A DNA stretch of 64,000 bases from a bacterium. Lineage in GTDB: Bacteria; UBA8248. Positions 8,487 through 17,429 of this stretch are shown here, one piece after another. Location of the stretch: NCBI GenBank assembly GCA_965213625.1, contig CBDBZU010000004.1, positions 3,712,001 to 3,776,000 of the forward strand. The letters are read 5' to 3'. Positions within the stretch are counted from its first letter, which is position 1. Every line of letters begins with the position of its first letter. The notes under the pieces were generated by a model. The model did not search any database, was not told the DNA's origin, and worked only from the letters and a program-made list of their open reading frames with translations. A program made the position numbers and the translations under genes.

Positions 8487-10678
8487 ATTCCTTGTTCCAA
8501 GATATTGCGTCCGAACTTCGCGCGGACATCCTCTCCAAAAAGACAGTTCCGGCGCTTTCCGCCGGATTCACCTCCGGTCTGGGCCTGCTCGTCGCCCAGA
8601 TCGCCTTCGGCAGCTTCATTTTCTCGGGCGCATTGGCCCCATATACCTCCCAGGGCGTCGGCCTGATTTTGTTCGGAAACTTCGCCGCCTGCCTCATTAT
8701 CGCCCTCGCAGGCGGCTACCGCGGGGCGATTTCGGGGCTTTCTCCCGCGCTCGTAATCGTGATGGCGCTGATCGGCTCCACGATGGACGCCGAAGGCGAT
8801 GCGCTGTTCGTCACCACGGCGGGCGCGCTCATGCTCAGCGCCATGGCCACCGGCGTCTGCTGTCTCGTTATCGGGCATTTCCGGCTCGCCAACCTGGTGC
8901 GCTTCATCCCCTATCCGGTGGCTGGCGGATTCGTGGCGGGAATCGGGGGCGCCGTGTGCCTTGCGGCCATGTCCCTGATCGGAGCGGAGCCTGATTGGCG
9001 GACGGTTCCGGCGCTTCTGGAGCCATCCACGTTATGGAGGTGGGCCCCCGGCGCAGCGTTCGGGATCGCCCTGTACCTCGCCATAAAGCGCTGGGGAAAT
9101 GCGCTGATCCTCCCGGTGAGCGTGGCAATAGCCGTTGTCGCATACCACTTCGCCTTGAGCATTCTCGGCATATCCGGTGAGGAGGCGAGAGAAGCGGGTT
9201 TTCTGTTCCAGAGCACGGCGGAGGGAACCCTTTGGCCGGTTGTGGGGATCGCCGATCTCGCGCACCTGGATTGGGCGGCGATGGCGGAGCAGGTTCCCAA
9301 CATGCTGACGCTGATGCTGATCGCGCTCATCGTCGTGATCATGAATTTCGCCGGCCTCGAGTTGGCCGCAAATCACGAACTGGACTGGGACCTGGAGTTC
9401 AGGACGGCCGGGCTCGCGAGCGTGGTCGCAGGCCTGGGCGGCGGGACGGTGGCATCCACGGTTGTACCCGCCTCGCTGCGCAGCAAGCTGCTCGGAGCCG
9501 CCACCCGCCTGACCGGCATCGTCGCCGCCCTCCTCATCGGGGGCGCGTTGTTCCTGGGCGACGGGATGCTGGAACTGGTTCCGATACCGCTCGTAGGCGG
9601 AATTCTGTTCTTCGCGGGCTTCGGCATGATAGACGAAGGACTCGTGAGAAGCCGCAGGCGGCTCCCCTGGTCGGAATACGGTATTATCGTGCTGATCTTC
9701 GTCGTCATCATCTCCTTCGGACTGTTCGAGGGTGTCGGCGCAGGTATGCTGGCCACCCTCGTGTTCTTCGCCGTGCGCTTAAGCCGCGTGGACCTTGTCG
9801 AATCCCGGTTCAATGCACGAGAACGCAGAAGCAACAAGACCCGGCCCATCCCCGATCGTGCCATCCTGCTGGCCGAAGGCGAGCATGTGCATGCCTACCG
9901 ACTGCGCGGCTACATTTTCTTCGGAAGCGCCTATCCACTAGCCGAACAACTGAAAAAATCCCTCAGTGGCGATTCGCGTCCCGCCTGCCTGATGCTGGAC
10001 TTCGCCGCCGTCTCCGGCTTCGACTACTCGGCGGTTAGCGTCCTGTCCCGGTTCCTGCAGACGGCGCAAGCGGCAGAAGTTCCCGTGGTTCTGAGCGCAC
10101 TGGACGAACAGTTGCGGACGGGGCTGGAGCGCAACCTACCGCCTCCGGTATTCGCCACCTTGCAGATTGAGCCGAATGCGGACCGCGCGCTGGAGCGCTG
10201 CGAGGAGACCGTCATTGCGACATGGAGGGCGGACGTGAACTTATCGGACAAGCGGCGCGCCTCTCTGCTGGCGCACACCGCGGATGACCTCGAGCGCTAC
10301 CTGGAACGGCAAATTCATTTCGAGGAACTCATCGAAGAACTCAAAAGCTGGCTGGACTCTCGTCAGTACGCCGCCGGCGAAGCCCTCGCAGGACCGGATG
10401 CGCCAGGCGAAGACCTGCAACTGTTGCTTGCGGGCCGGGCTTCCGCTTACGATTCCGCGGGCGCGCGTCTTCATGACTACGGTCAGGGCGACGCAATTTG
10501 GCCGGCCGGCTCGCAGAACGATAAAGCGACCTCGGTGGTGGCAGACCAACCCTGCCGGACGATGGTGCTACCGCTGACGGCTCTACGCTGGTTGGACGAG
10601 CATGAAGAGGGGCTTGCCCTCAAGCTGTATCGTTATCTGCTCGCCGCACGTTTCCAGACCGAGTCAGAAACCGGCTAA
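8483..10678 (+). CDS. SulP family anion transporter with STAS and cNMP-binding-like domains
   Basis: LVRFIPYPVAGGFVAGIG; STAS motif LRGYIFFGSA...LDFAAVSGFDYSA; C-terminal cNMP-like region. Confidence 0.85.
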   Translation: MNSLFQDIASELRADILSKKTVPALSAGFTSGLGLLVAQIAFGSFIFSGALAPYTSQGVGLILFGNFAACLIIALAGGYRGAISGLSPALVIVMALIGSTMDAEGDALFVTTAGALMLSAMATGVCCLVIGHFRLANLVRFIPYPVAGGFVAGIGGAVCLAAMSLIGAEPDWRTVPALLEPSTLWRWAPGAAFGIALYLAIKRWGNALILPVSVAIAVVAYHFALSILGISGEEAREAGFLFQSTAEGTLWPVVGIADLAHLDWAAMAEQVPNMLTLMLIALIVVIMNFAGLELAANHELDWDLEFRTAGLASVVAGLGGGTVASTVVPASLRSKLLGAATRLTGIVAALLIGGALFLGDGMLELVPIPLVGGILFFAGFGMIDEGLVRSRRRLPWSEYGIIVLIFVVIISFGLFEGVGAGMLATLVFFAVRLSRVDLVESRFNARERRSNKTRPIPDRAILLAEGEHVHAYRLRGYIFFGSAYPLAEQLKKSLSGDSRPACLMLDFAAVSGFDYSAVSVLSRFLQTAQAAEVPVVLSALDEQLRTGLERNLPPPVFATLQIEPNADRALERCEETVIATWRADVNLSDKRRASLLAHTADDLERYLERQIHFEELIEELKSWLDSRQYAAGEALAGPDAPGEDLQLLLAGRASAYDSAGARLHDYGQGDAIWPAGSQNDKATSVVADQPCRTMVLPLTALRWLDEHEEGLALKLYRYLLAARFQTESETG

Positions 10679-11032
10679 GAGCAACAATTTCCAGCAGCCG
10701 GAAGGGTCAACGGGCTTTCAAGACACGCATCAAGAAATGCCTGCAAGCTGGGATGGACACCAAGAGCTTGGATATTTCCGTCGCGCAAAGGCGACGAGCG
10801 CAGCCTAGATGGTATGGCCGAAGCCTCAGCGAATCACATCCAAATGCTATCTCCCATGAACCTGCGCATATATCGACACGACGCTGGAGTATCCATTCTA
10901 ATGCTCTGCCATGGTAATTTACGGGTACATTTCGTGTAATCCGGCTGGAATGTCAGTTGAAGTTCGGCATCGGCTCAAGCGAAATCGAAACGGCGCACGT
11001 GAGGCTATCCCGGCGTCTCGCTCTGCTTCGTC

Positions 11033-11146
11033 GGCGCGCCTCGACGCTGAGCGAGATACCGGAAAGCGACGCGCCCATGATACGCTAGCGCATCCGATAC
11101 GTTAAAGGAGAAAGAGACACCGATGCCGCACCCAGACTTCGAGCGC
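11033..11146 (+). repeat. Diverged direct repeat (copy B), the native upstream region and 5' end of the M20 gene
   Basis: Aligns with 8362-8474; MPHPDFER vs MPPPDYER. Confidence 0.85.
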
Positions 11147-12391
11147 TGCGCGCGCCACATCACCGCAGAGGCCGTGCGCGAACTCCTGAGCGAGATGGTG
11201 GACATCGCAAGCCCCACGGGCGGGGAGGCGCAGATGGCGCGCTATCTGGAGGGGCGCATGGCGCGCGCTGGGCTGGAAGCCCGCTTGCAGGAGGTCGACC
11301 CCGGCAGGCCGAACGCCATCGGCGTGCGCGAGGGCGCGGGCGACGGCGCGAACCTCCTGTTCACCGGCCACATGGATACCTCCTATGACGGGAACGAGGA
11401 TTACCTGAGCGGCGAGGGCTTCAAACCCAGAGCCGTCCACCGGGACGGCTGGATATGGGGTCTGGGCGCGAACAACATGAAGAGCGGGCTTGCGGGCGCG
11501 CTGGCGGCGCTTGAGGCCATCTGCCGCGAAAACCTCATTCTGCGCGGCGACCTCACCCTCGCGGGCGTGGTGGGCGAGATAGAAAAGGCGCCCGTCGATG
11601 AGTTTTCGGGGAAATCCTTCTCGGGCTACGGAACGGGCACGCGCCACCTCATTTTACACGGCGTGATGGCGGATTGCGCCATCCTGGCCGAGCCGACGGG
11701 GCTCAAGGTCTCGAACGCGAACATGGGCGTCGTGTGGGCGAAGATCACGGCCACAGGCACGATAAGCCACAGCGTATTCTCGAACCGTCCTGGGGTCACG
11801 AACGCCGTGCGCGCGATTCACAAGATACAAACCGCGGTCGAGCGATGGATACCCGATTATGAAGCCAGACACTCCTGCATGGGCGAGCACCCCAACGTGA
11901 CGATAGCCGCCGTCCGGGGCGGCTGGCCATGGCGGCTTTCGAGAAACCCCGCCGAGGCGAGCCTTTATCTCGACATACGCACAGTGCCGGGGCAGAACAC
12001 CGAGGACATCAAGCGCGAACTGCGCAGTGTGCTCGATGAAGCGGCGGAAGATGGCCCTCGCGCCTCGCTTTCGTTCTACGTGAACGACCCGCCCACCCTG
12101 CTCGATGCGGACGCTCCTCTCGTACAGGCTGCGCTTGCGGCGCACGAGGAAATTACGGGAGAGGCGTCTCCGCCCATCATCAGGAGGCCCGCGGCCGATT
12201 CCACGCACCTCAACCGATACGGCATCCCGTGCGTCTGCTACGGCCCCGGCGGGCGGATGCACCCCGACGCCGCACGAAAAGGGCTGATGCACGCCGTGGG
12301 CGAGCACGTGCTCGTCGAGGACGTAGTGACGGCAGCGAAAGTCTACCTCGCCGCGGCGCTCGCGATTTGCAGCGAGAAAGCCGGTTCATAG
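11123..12391 (+). CDS. M20/ArgE-DapE family metallo-hydrolase
   Basis: LFTGHMDT, GLGANNMKSG, VVGEIE, AEPT, C-terminal H..GEHV. Confidence 0.85.
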   Translation: MPHPDFERCARHITAEAVRELLSEMVDIASPTGGEAQMARYLEGRMARAGLEARLQEVDPGRPNAIGVREGAGDGANLLFTGHMDTSYDGNEDYLSGEGFKPRAVHRDGWIWGLGANNMKSGLAGALAALEAICRENLILRGDLTLAGVVGEIEKAPVDEFSGKSFSGYGTGTRHLILHGVMADCAILAEPTGLKVSNANMGVVWAKITATGTISHSVFSNRPGVTNAVRAIHKIQTAVERWIPDYEARHSCMGEHPNVTIAAVRGGWPWRLSRNPAEASLYLDIRTVPGQNTEDIKRELRSVLDEAAEDGPRASLSFYVNDPPTLLDADAPLVQAALAAHEEITGEASPPIIRRPAADSTHLNRYGIPCVCYGPGGRMHPDAARKGLMHAVGEHVLVEDVVTAAKVYLAAALAICSEKAGS

Positions 12392-12857
12392 GGGGGCTGT
12401 TGAAAAAGCTCTGATATCGTGATTCGGCGTATGGAGCCGACCGGGAAATAACGAAATATCACTACCCCCTTGAGGGTCGTTGCCAGGGAAACAAGAAGTG
12501 GATTCACTCCCCCCTGGAGGGGGAGTCGAAGAGGTGAGGGTGTAAGCCCGAAAGCGAATCGGTGGGGGGGATGATTCGGAATGACAATAAAACGCATTTT
12601 CCCCCCCACCGATTCAGCCTTCGCACAAACCGCTCGGCTTCATCGTCAGGCTTTCCCCTCGGGAAGCCAGACCCTCCAGGGGGGAGTGATTTTTCTCTCT
12701 CGTCGGTCGGTTACATACGACAAATCCAGAGTTCCAGGCTTTTTTAACAAACCCGCCTTGGTCGGGAGTGATCCTCAAGGAGGGAGTGGATTTGAAATTC
12801 TCCTTGATGGAGAGATATCTTCGTAGGGGTTGTACAATGGCTTTTTTCAGCAGCCCC
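12392..12857. mobile_element. Non-autonomous MITE with IS1182-type ends, containing a palindromic element
   Basis: TIRs GGGGGCTGTTGAAAAAGC / GCTTTTTTCAGCAGCCCC; ATAG duplicated at 12388-12391 and 12858-12861. Confidence 0.75.
12504..12689. repeat. ~185-bp palindromic repeat element (copy E1)
   Basis: Ends TCACTCCCCCCTGGAGGGGGAGTC ... CCCTCCAGGGGGGAGTGA; internal GAAGCCGAGCG...GCTGAATCGGTGGGGGG arm. Confidence 0.85.
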
Positions 12858-12951
12858 ATAGGGATATGGATAGTGAGGCATCATATTACGGAGAAAAAGG
12901 AAACCTCTCATCTAACGGAGCACCGGGAAATAAACCGATAAGGATACCCGC

Positions 12952-14127
12952 ATGGATTTCGAACTGAGTGAAGAGCAAAAGAGCCTGCAGCTTCTTGCGC
13001 GGAAATTCGCGATGGAAGAGATGCTTCCCGTCGTGGCGGAACTGGAAAAGCGACCCGACGGGGAGGACAAGTTCGCCTACGACCTAGTGAAGCGCGGCGC
13101 CGCGCTCGGTTTCCATTCCCTCGCGGTACCGAAGGAATACGGGGGCGACGGGGCCGGCGTACTCACCCAGTGCGTCGTGATGCAGGAGCTCTCCGCCGGC
13201 TCGCCCGCCGTCTCCAAGGTGTACAGCCACAACTGGAAGGCGATAGCGGGCCTCATCGCCGTGGCGAGCGAAGAGCAACTCGCCCGCGTAATCCCCGACT
13301 ACCTGGAAGACCCGCTCTATTGCATCGGCATCGCCATCACGGAGCCCAACGCCGGCAGCGACAACGCGCTTCCCTTCGACGCGGACCTCGCCGCAGGCCC
13401 CGCCCTGAGCGCGGTGCGCGACGGGGATTCCTACGTCCTGAACGGAATGAAGCAGTTCATCGCCATGGGGGCGCAGGCGAAGTACGTCACCGCCTTCGCC
13501 CGGACCGACAAGAGCGTCCCGTGGACAAAAGGCGTGACGGGGTTCATGCTCTTCCCGCCGCACGAGGGCTTCGAGGTCGGCAGGCTGCACGAGAAGGTGG
13601 GCCTCAGGTGCTACCCCCAACACGACCTCATCTTCCGCGACGTGCGGGTCCCGCTGGAGAACCGACTGGGCGAGGAGGACAAATTCCAGGAAGGCAGGAG
13701 GAGCGTCGTCAACGTCGGCACCCTCGAGGCGACGTCCACGGCTTTGGGAATCGCCCAGCGGGCGTACGATCTGGCGCTGGGCTACGCGCGCGAGCGCGTG
13801 CAGGGCGGGAAACCCATTATCGAACACGACCTCATCGGCTCCCTCCTCCTCGATATGTACACGCGGCTCGAAGCTTCGAGGACGCTGCTCTGGCGCGCCG
13901 CCTGGGGCATCGACAATGGGCTGAATGACCAGAAACTCGCGCGGGCGACGAAGGTGCTCACCGTCGAGATGCTGAATTACATGACCATGCGGACCGTGGA
14001 GATTTGGGGGGGCATGGGCGTGATGAAGGACGCGCCGGTCGAGAAAGTGCACCGCGACGCGATTCAGCTATTCCACATGGGCAACACGAACCAGGTGAAC
14101 GTCCTGAAGGCGCTGCCGCACCTGTGA
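12952..14127 (+). CDS. Acyl-CoA dehydrogenase family protein
   Basis: AITEPNAGSD, LNGMKQFI, YARERVQGGKPI, WGGMGV. Confidence 0.92.
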   Translation: MDFELSEEQKSLQLLARKFAMEEMLPVVAELEKRPDGEDKFAYDLVKRGAALGFHSLAVPKEYGGDGAGVLTQCVVMQELSAGSPAVSKVYSHNWKAIAGLIAVASEEQLARVIPDYLEDPLYCIGIAITEPNAGSDNALPFDADLAAGPALSAVRDGDSYVLNGMKQFIAMGAQAKYVTAFARTDKSVPWTKGVTGFMLFPPHEGFEVGRLHEKVGLRCYPQHDLIFRDVRVPLENRLGEEDKFQEGRRSVVNVGTLEATSTALGIAQRAYDLALGYARERVQGGKPIIEHDLIGSLLLDMYTRLEASRTLLWRAAWGIDNGLNDQKLARATKVLTVEMLNYMTMRTVEIWGGMGVMKDAPVEKVHRDAIQLFHMGNTNQVNVLKALPHL

Positions 14128-14312
14128 GGACGCCAGAAAATTTACGCGCCTCTTGTCTTTCGCGCGGTTTTTGAGGTTCCTGTCCGTTTGAGGTGTTCAA
14201 CCGATGAGCGTATTTTGGAGAACCAACCTATATTGAATTCCGTAGGGGTCGCATACGGGGTTGCCGAGAAAGATACGGAATCGATTTTGGGTTGCGCGTA
14301 AGCTTTTTAAGT

Positions 14313-14497
14313 TCACTCCCCCCTTGAGGGGGAGTCGATGAAGCCGAGCGATATTTGCGATGGCTGAATCGGTGGGGGGTAAAATGCGTTTTATTGCCAT
14401 ACCGAATCATACCCCCCACCAGTTCACTTTCGGGCTTACGCCCTCAGTTCACTGTCTGGCTTTCCCCTCGGGAAGCCAGACCCTCAAGGGGGGAGTG
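14313..14497. repeat. ~185-bp palindromic repeat element (copy E2)
   Basis: Reverse complement of 15688-15872 with about 4 mismatches. Confidence 0.9.
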
Positions 14498-14531
14498 GTT
14501 GGTTGGCGCTCTGCAAGGAGGGAGTATCGAC

Positions 14532-14930
14532 ATGATAGAGAAAACGGATGCGGAATGGCGTGAGCAGTTGACGCCGGAGCAGTACCACGTCACCCGGGAG
14601 GCGGGAACCGAGCGCGCCTTCAGCGGGAAATATTGCGACTGCCACGATGACGGCATCTATACATGCGTGTGCTGCGGGGCGGAGCTTTTTGACGCCGAGA
14701 CCAAGTTCGACTCGGGCACGGGCTGGCCGAGCTTCTACCAGCCGCTCAAGTCCGAGAACGTGGGCGAGAAGGAGGACAACTCCTTCTGGATGCGCCGCGT
14801 GGAGGTGGTGTGTTCGAACTGCGACGCGCACCTGGGCCACGTGTTCCCCGACGGCCCGGCGCCCACCGGCCTTCGCTACTGCATGAACTCGGCATCGCTG
14901 GACCTGAAACCGAAAGACGTATCCGAATAG
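14532..14930 (+). CDS. msrB: Peptide-methionine (R)-S-oxide reductase
   Basis: [30 protein letters not shown], two CxxC Zn motifs. Confidence 0.95.
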   Translation: MIEKTDAEWREQLTPEQYHVTREAGTERAFSGKYCDCHDDGIYTCVCCGAELFDAETKFDSGTGWPSFYQPLKSENVGEKEDNSFWMRRVEVVCSNCDAHLGHVFPDGPAPTGLRYCMNSASLDLKPKDVSE

Positions 14931-15029
14931 ATTCATACGGGCATGGAGGGGCGAGACTCGCCTCATGTGACGCCCATTGCGCGAAAATTAAAGAGCGCCA
15001 TTTCAACAGGACGACAGGAGACAGCATCC

Positions 15030-15473
15030 ATGAGTATCCAACGCTTTCATAACGTATCGCTTACGGTGAAGGACGCGGACGCATCCTCAAAATGGTACGC
15101 CGAGAACTTCGGTTTCGAGGTGGAATCCGATTCCGAGCGCACGCCGGAGTTCTCGGCCCAGGTGACGGGCGTTCCCGGCGCGCACCTTCGCGTGGTGCAC
15201 ATGGGCGGTCACGGACTTCACCTCGAACTCATGGAGTACAAGGGCGCTGCCGGCGAGACGATAAACACCGACCCCAACAACACGGGCTGCCTGCAGATCG
15301 GCTTCGTGGTGGACGACGCCGAAGCCCTCTACGCGAAACTCCAGGCGGACGGGACCACCATGTGTTCGCCGGAACCCGCCACGGTGCCGAGCGGTCCCAT
15401 CCAGGGCTCCAAGATATTCTTCTGCAAAGACCCCGACGGCGTGGTGCTGAAGTTTCTCTCGATCAAGAAGTAG
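15030..15473 (+). CDS. VOC family protein
   Basis: FHNVSLTVKD, LELMEY, FFCKDPDGVVL; AGGAG RBS. Confidence 0.85.
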   Translation: MSIQRFHNVSLTVKDADASSKWYAENFGFEVESDSERTPEFSAQVTGVPGAHLRVVHMGGHGLHLELMEYKGAAGETINTDPNNTGCLQIGFVVDDAEALYAKLQADGTTMCSPEPATVPSGPIQGSKIFFCKDPDGVVLKFLSIKK

Positions 15474-15537
15474 TTTTCATAAGATTGAGCCTCCCCGAGG
15501 AGTGGAGGCTCGCGAATCGGCCTTTCTTCTCACCTGG

Positions 15538-15654
15538 GTAGGGGCGGACCGATGTGTTAGCCCTGTTGTTTGATTCCCCTCGTTTCACTAGGGACGAACT
15601 CGTAGGGGCGGACTCCTTCTCGGGTCCGCCCCACAGCTCGCGAGCCGCCCCTAC
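15538..15654. repeat. Cluster of GTAG-type REP palindromes
   Basis: GTAGGGGCGG...CCGCCC hairpins at 15538 and 15602; GAGCCGCCCCTAC ending 15654. Confidence 0.7.
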
Positions 15655-15687
15655 GGAATCTCTACCTCCTCAAGTGTTGGCGAAAAC

Positions 15688-15872
15688 CACTCCCCCCTTG
15701 AGGGTCTGGCTTCCCGAGGGGAAAGCCAGACAGTGAACTGAGGGTGTAAGCCCGAAAGTGAACTGGTGGGGGGTATGATTCGGAATAGCAATAAAACGCA
15801 TTTTACCCCCCACCGATTCAGCCTTCGCAAATATCGCTCGGCTTCATCGACTCCCCCTCAAGGGGGGAGTGA
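15688..15872. repeat. ~185-bp palindromic repeat element (copy E3)
   Basis: Inverted near-identical copy of E2. Confidence 0.9.
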
Positions 15873-15894
15873 TTATTATTAGCACAGCTATTTC

Positions 15895-16042
15895 TGGATT
15901 CCGGCATTCGCCGGAATGACGAACATCTACGTCTCAGGGATTGTAGGGACAGGCCCCTGTGCCTGTTCTGATCGCTTCCTCCTTGAAGCAGGACAACCAC
16001 GGGGGGCAGGGACGACCCCGAAGAGGGGCTCGTCCCCACTAC
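15895..16042. repeat. CGTC-type REP followed by a GTAG-type REP doublet
   Basis: TGGATTCCGGCATTCGCCGGAATGACG (15895-15921); GTAGGGACAGGC...GCCTGTTC (15943) and GTCCCCACTAC (~16042). Confidence 0.65.
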
Positions 16043-16067
16043 GATTGCGAACCTGTCCCTCATACTC

Positions 16068-16616
16068 TCAGAAATCAGCCCTTTCCTTTCGCCCAAACCG
16101 CAAACTCAACAGAAACAAAACGAACGCCGTGAGGCTCGCGAGGGTGCGGACGTGGTTCCACAGCGTCCATTCCGAGATGTAGGAGACCATCACGCCCGCG
16201 TTCTCGGGCAGGGCCGGATCCAGGGGTGCGATTACACCGTTCAAGGGCACGTTGAAGAGGCTGGTGACGCCGAAGGCGCCTACCAGATAAATGAGGGCGG
16301 CGGTAAGTGCGAACCAGCAGGCGGGGGCGTCGCGGCGAATCAGCGCGTGAAGCGCAACGGCGATACATAGTATCAAAGCGCCGAAAAAACCGAGCGCGAA
16401 GACGGCGTTCCTGACGGCGAGGTTAATCGCCTGCATGGAGGCCAGGGCGGCGAGCGGCTCCATCGCCGAGAGGCCGGGCATCACCACGAACGAGAACGCG
16501 AAGAAAAACCCGGCCATCACGCCGACCCAGACGGCGCAGGCCAGTCGCAGCCAGTAGCCAAAGGACATCGACATTACACTTCCCCAAAGGCGGCGAGTTG
16601 TGCCGAGGTCGCTCAT
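16068..16616 (-). CDS. DUF1772 / anthrone-oxygenase-like membrane protein
   Basis: AGFFFAFSFVVMPGL, MQAIN, FNVPLN, WTLWNHVRT; start may be about 14 codons downstream. Confidence 0.85.
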   Translation of the reverse strand: MSDLGTTRRLWGSVMSMSFGYWLRLACAVWVGVMAGFFFAFSFVVMPGLSAMEPLAALASMQAINLAVRNAVFALGFFGALILCIAVALHALIRRDAPACWFALTAALIYLVGAFGVTSLFNVPLNGVIAPLDPALPENAGVMVSYISEWTLWNHVRTLASLTAFVLFLLSLRFGRKERADF

Positions 16617-16785
16617 TGGCCGCCTCGCCCATATTCATTTTTCGCCATTGCGGGGGGATAAGCAAGAAGCGCCTCCGCGCAGGGTCGAACCGTATGTGGA
16701 TGATCTCCACGCACGAAGGAGTGATTCGGCAGAATATTCATATCTCCGGTCGGCAAGCCTTCACCCTTATATGAGCAGACCAATA

Positions 16786-17277
16786 AGGGCGGCTCGCGAG
16801 CCGCCCCTACAAGAAGAAAATCCCTTTTACTTTGGCGTTATCGAATACTCCCCCCTTGAGAGTCAAACCCGACTTGGTAGGGAGAACCTGTTTATTTGTA
16901 GGGGTCGCATACCATGCGACCCGCGGTTGGGCGACGAAAGAATCAGGCCGCAACATATGGGGTTGTTGAAAAACCCCGGATACGGCCCCGCAATTGCAGG
17001 CGGTGAATGCGGCGTAATACTCCCACTCGTCCTGCGCTGTCTGCCACTCCGCCTCACCCTGAGTAGCGGCGAAGCCGCGTATCGAAGGGCGAAGTTCGCG
17101 CCCGCAGGAGAGATACGCCGCCCATCCTTCGATACAGCGCTTGCGCGCCTACTCAGGATGAGGGTTGGGGACGCTTGCTCAGGATGAAGGCGTCAGGGGT
17201 TCCGCGAAGCCTGCTGCCGCGCCGGTGGGGCAGACCCTCCCGCATAGGGTTTTCAACAACCCTCAAGGGGGGAGTGA
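16786..17277. repeat. Nested repeat cluster: GTAG REPs, split palindromic element, MITE ends, CTCACCCTGAG-type REP doublet
   Basis: ACTCCCCCCTTGAG (16847) ... CTCAAGGGGGGAGTGA (17277) enclosing GGGGTTGTTGAAAAAC (16959), CCTCACCCTGAGTAG...CTACTCAGGATGAGG (17052-17163) and TTTTCAACAACCC (17262). Confidence 0.75.
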
Positions 17278-17429
17278 TTCTCCTCTCCACCCGGAGTTCA
17301 TATGGAATCTCTTCTCCCCCAGCCTGCCTTGCGGTCGTTCCCTTGCGGGGCCACAATGCGCCCGCCTGTTCCTGCAAGGCGCTGAGGTGGTCCCATATCC
17401 GAATTTCAATGACGAAAAAGGGAGACGCC

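Noticed and set aside
10679-11032. Spacer after SulP as a possible gene remnant or ncRNA
   Set aside because: Only short ORFs without motifs and no structure I can support
14355-14531. N-terminal extensions of MsrB (likewise asparaginase 17175-17429 and MrpC 31563-31658) in the ORF track
   Set aside because: They are translations of upstream repeat or intergenic sequence; proper RBS and family-typical starts lie downstream
12392-17277. Repeat-rich intergenic tracts as a CRISPR array
   Set aside because: No regularly spaced identical direct repeats with unique spacers; the repeats are inverted, nested and dispersed, and no cas genes are present
17280-17420. Possible riboswitch upstream of the asparaginase gene
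   Set aside because: No recognisable conserved aptamer motif by eye; an Rfam/Infernal scan would be needed
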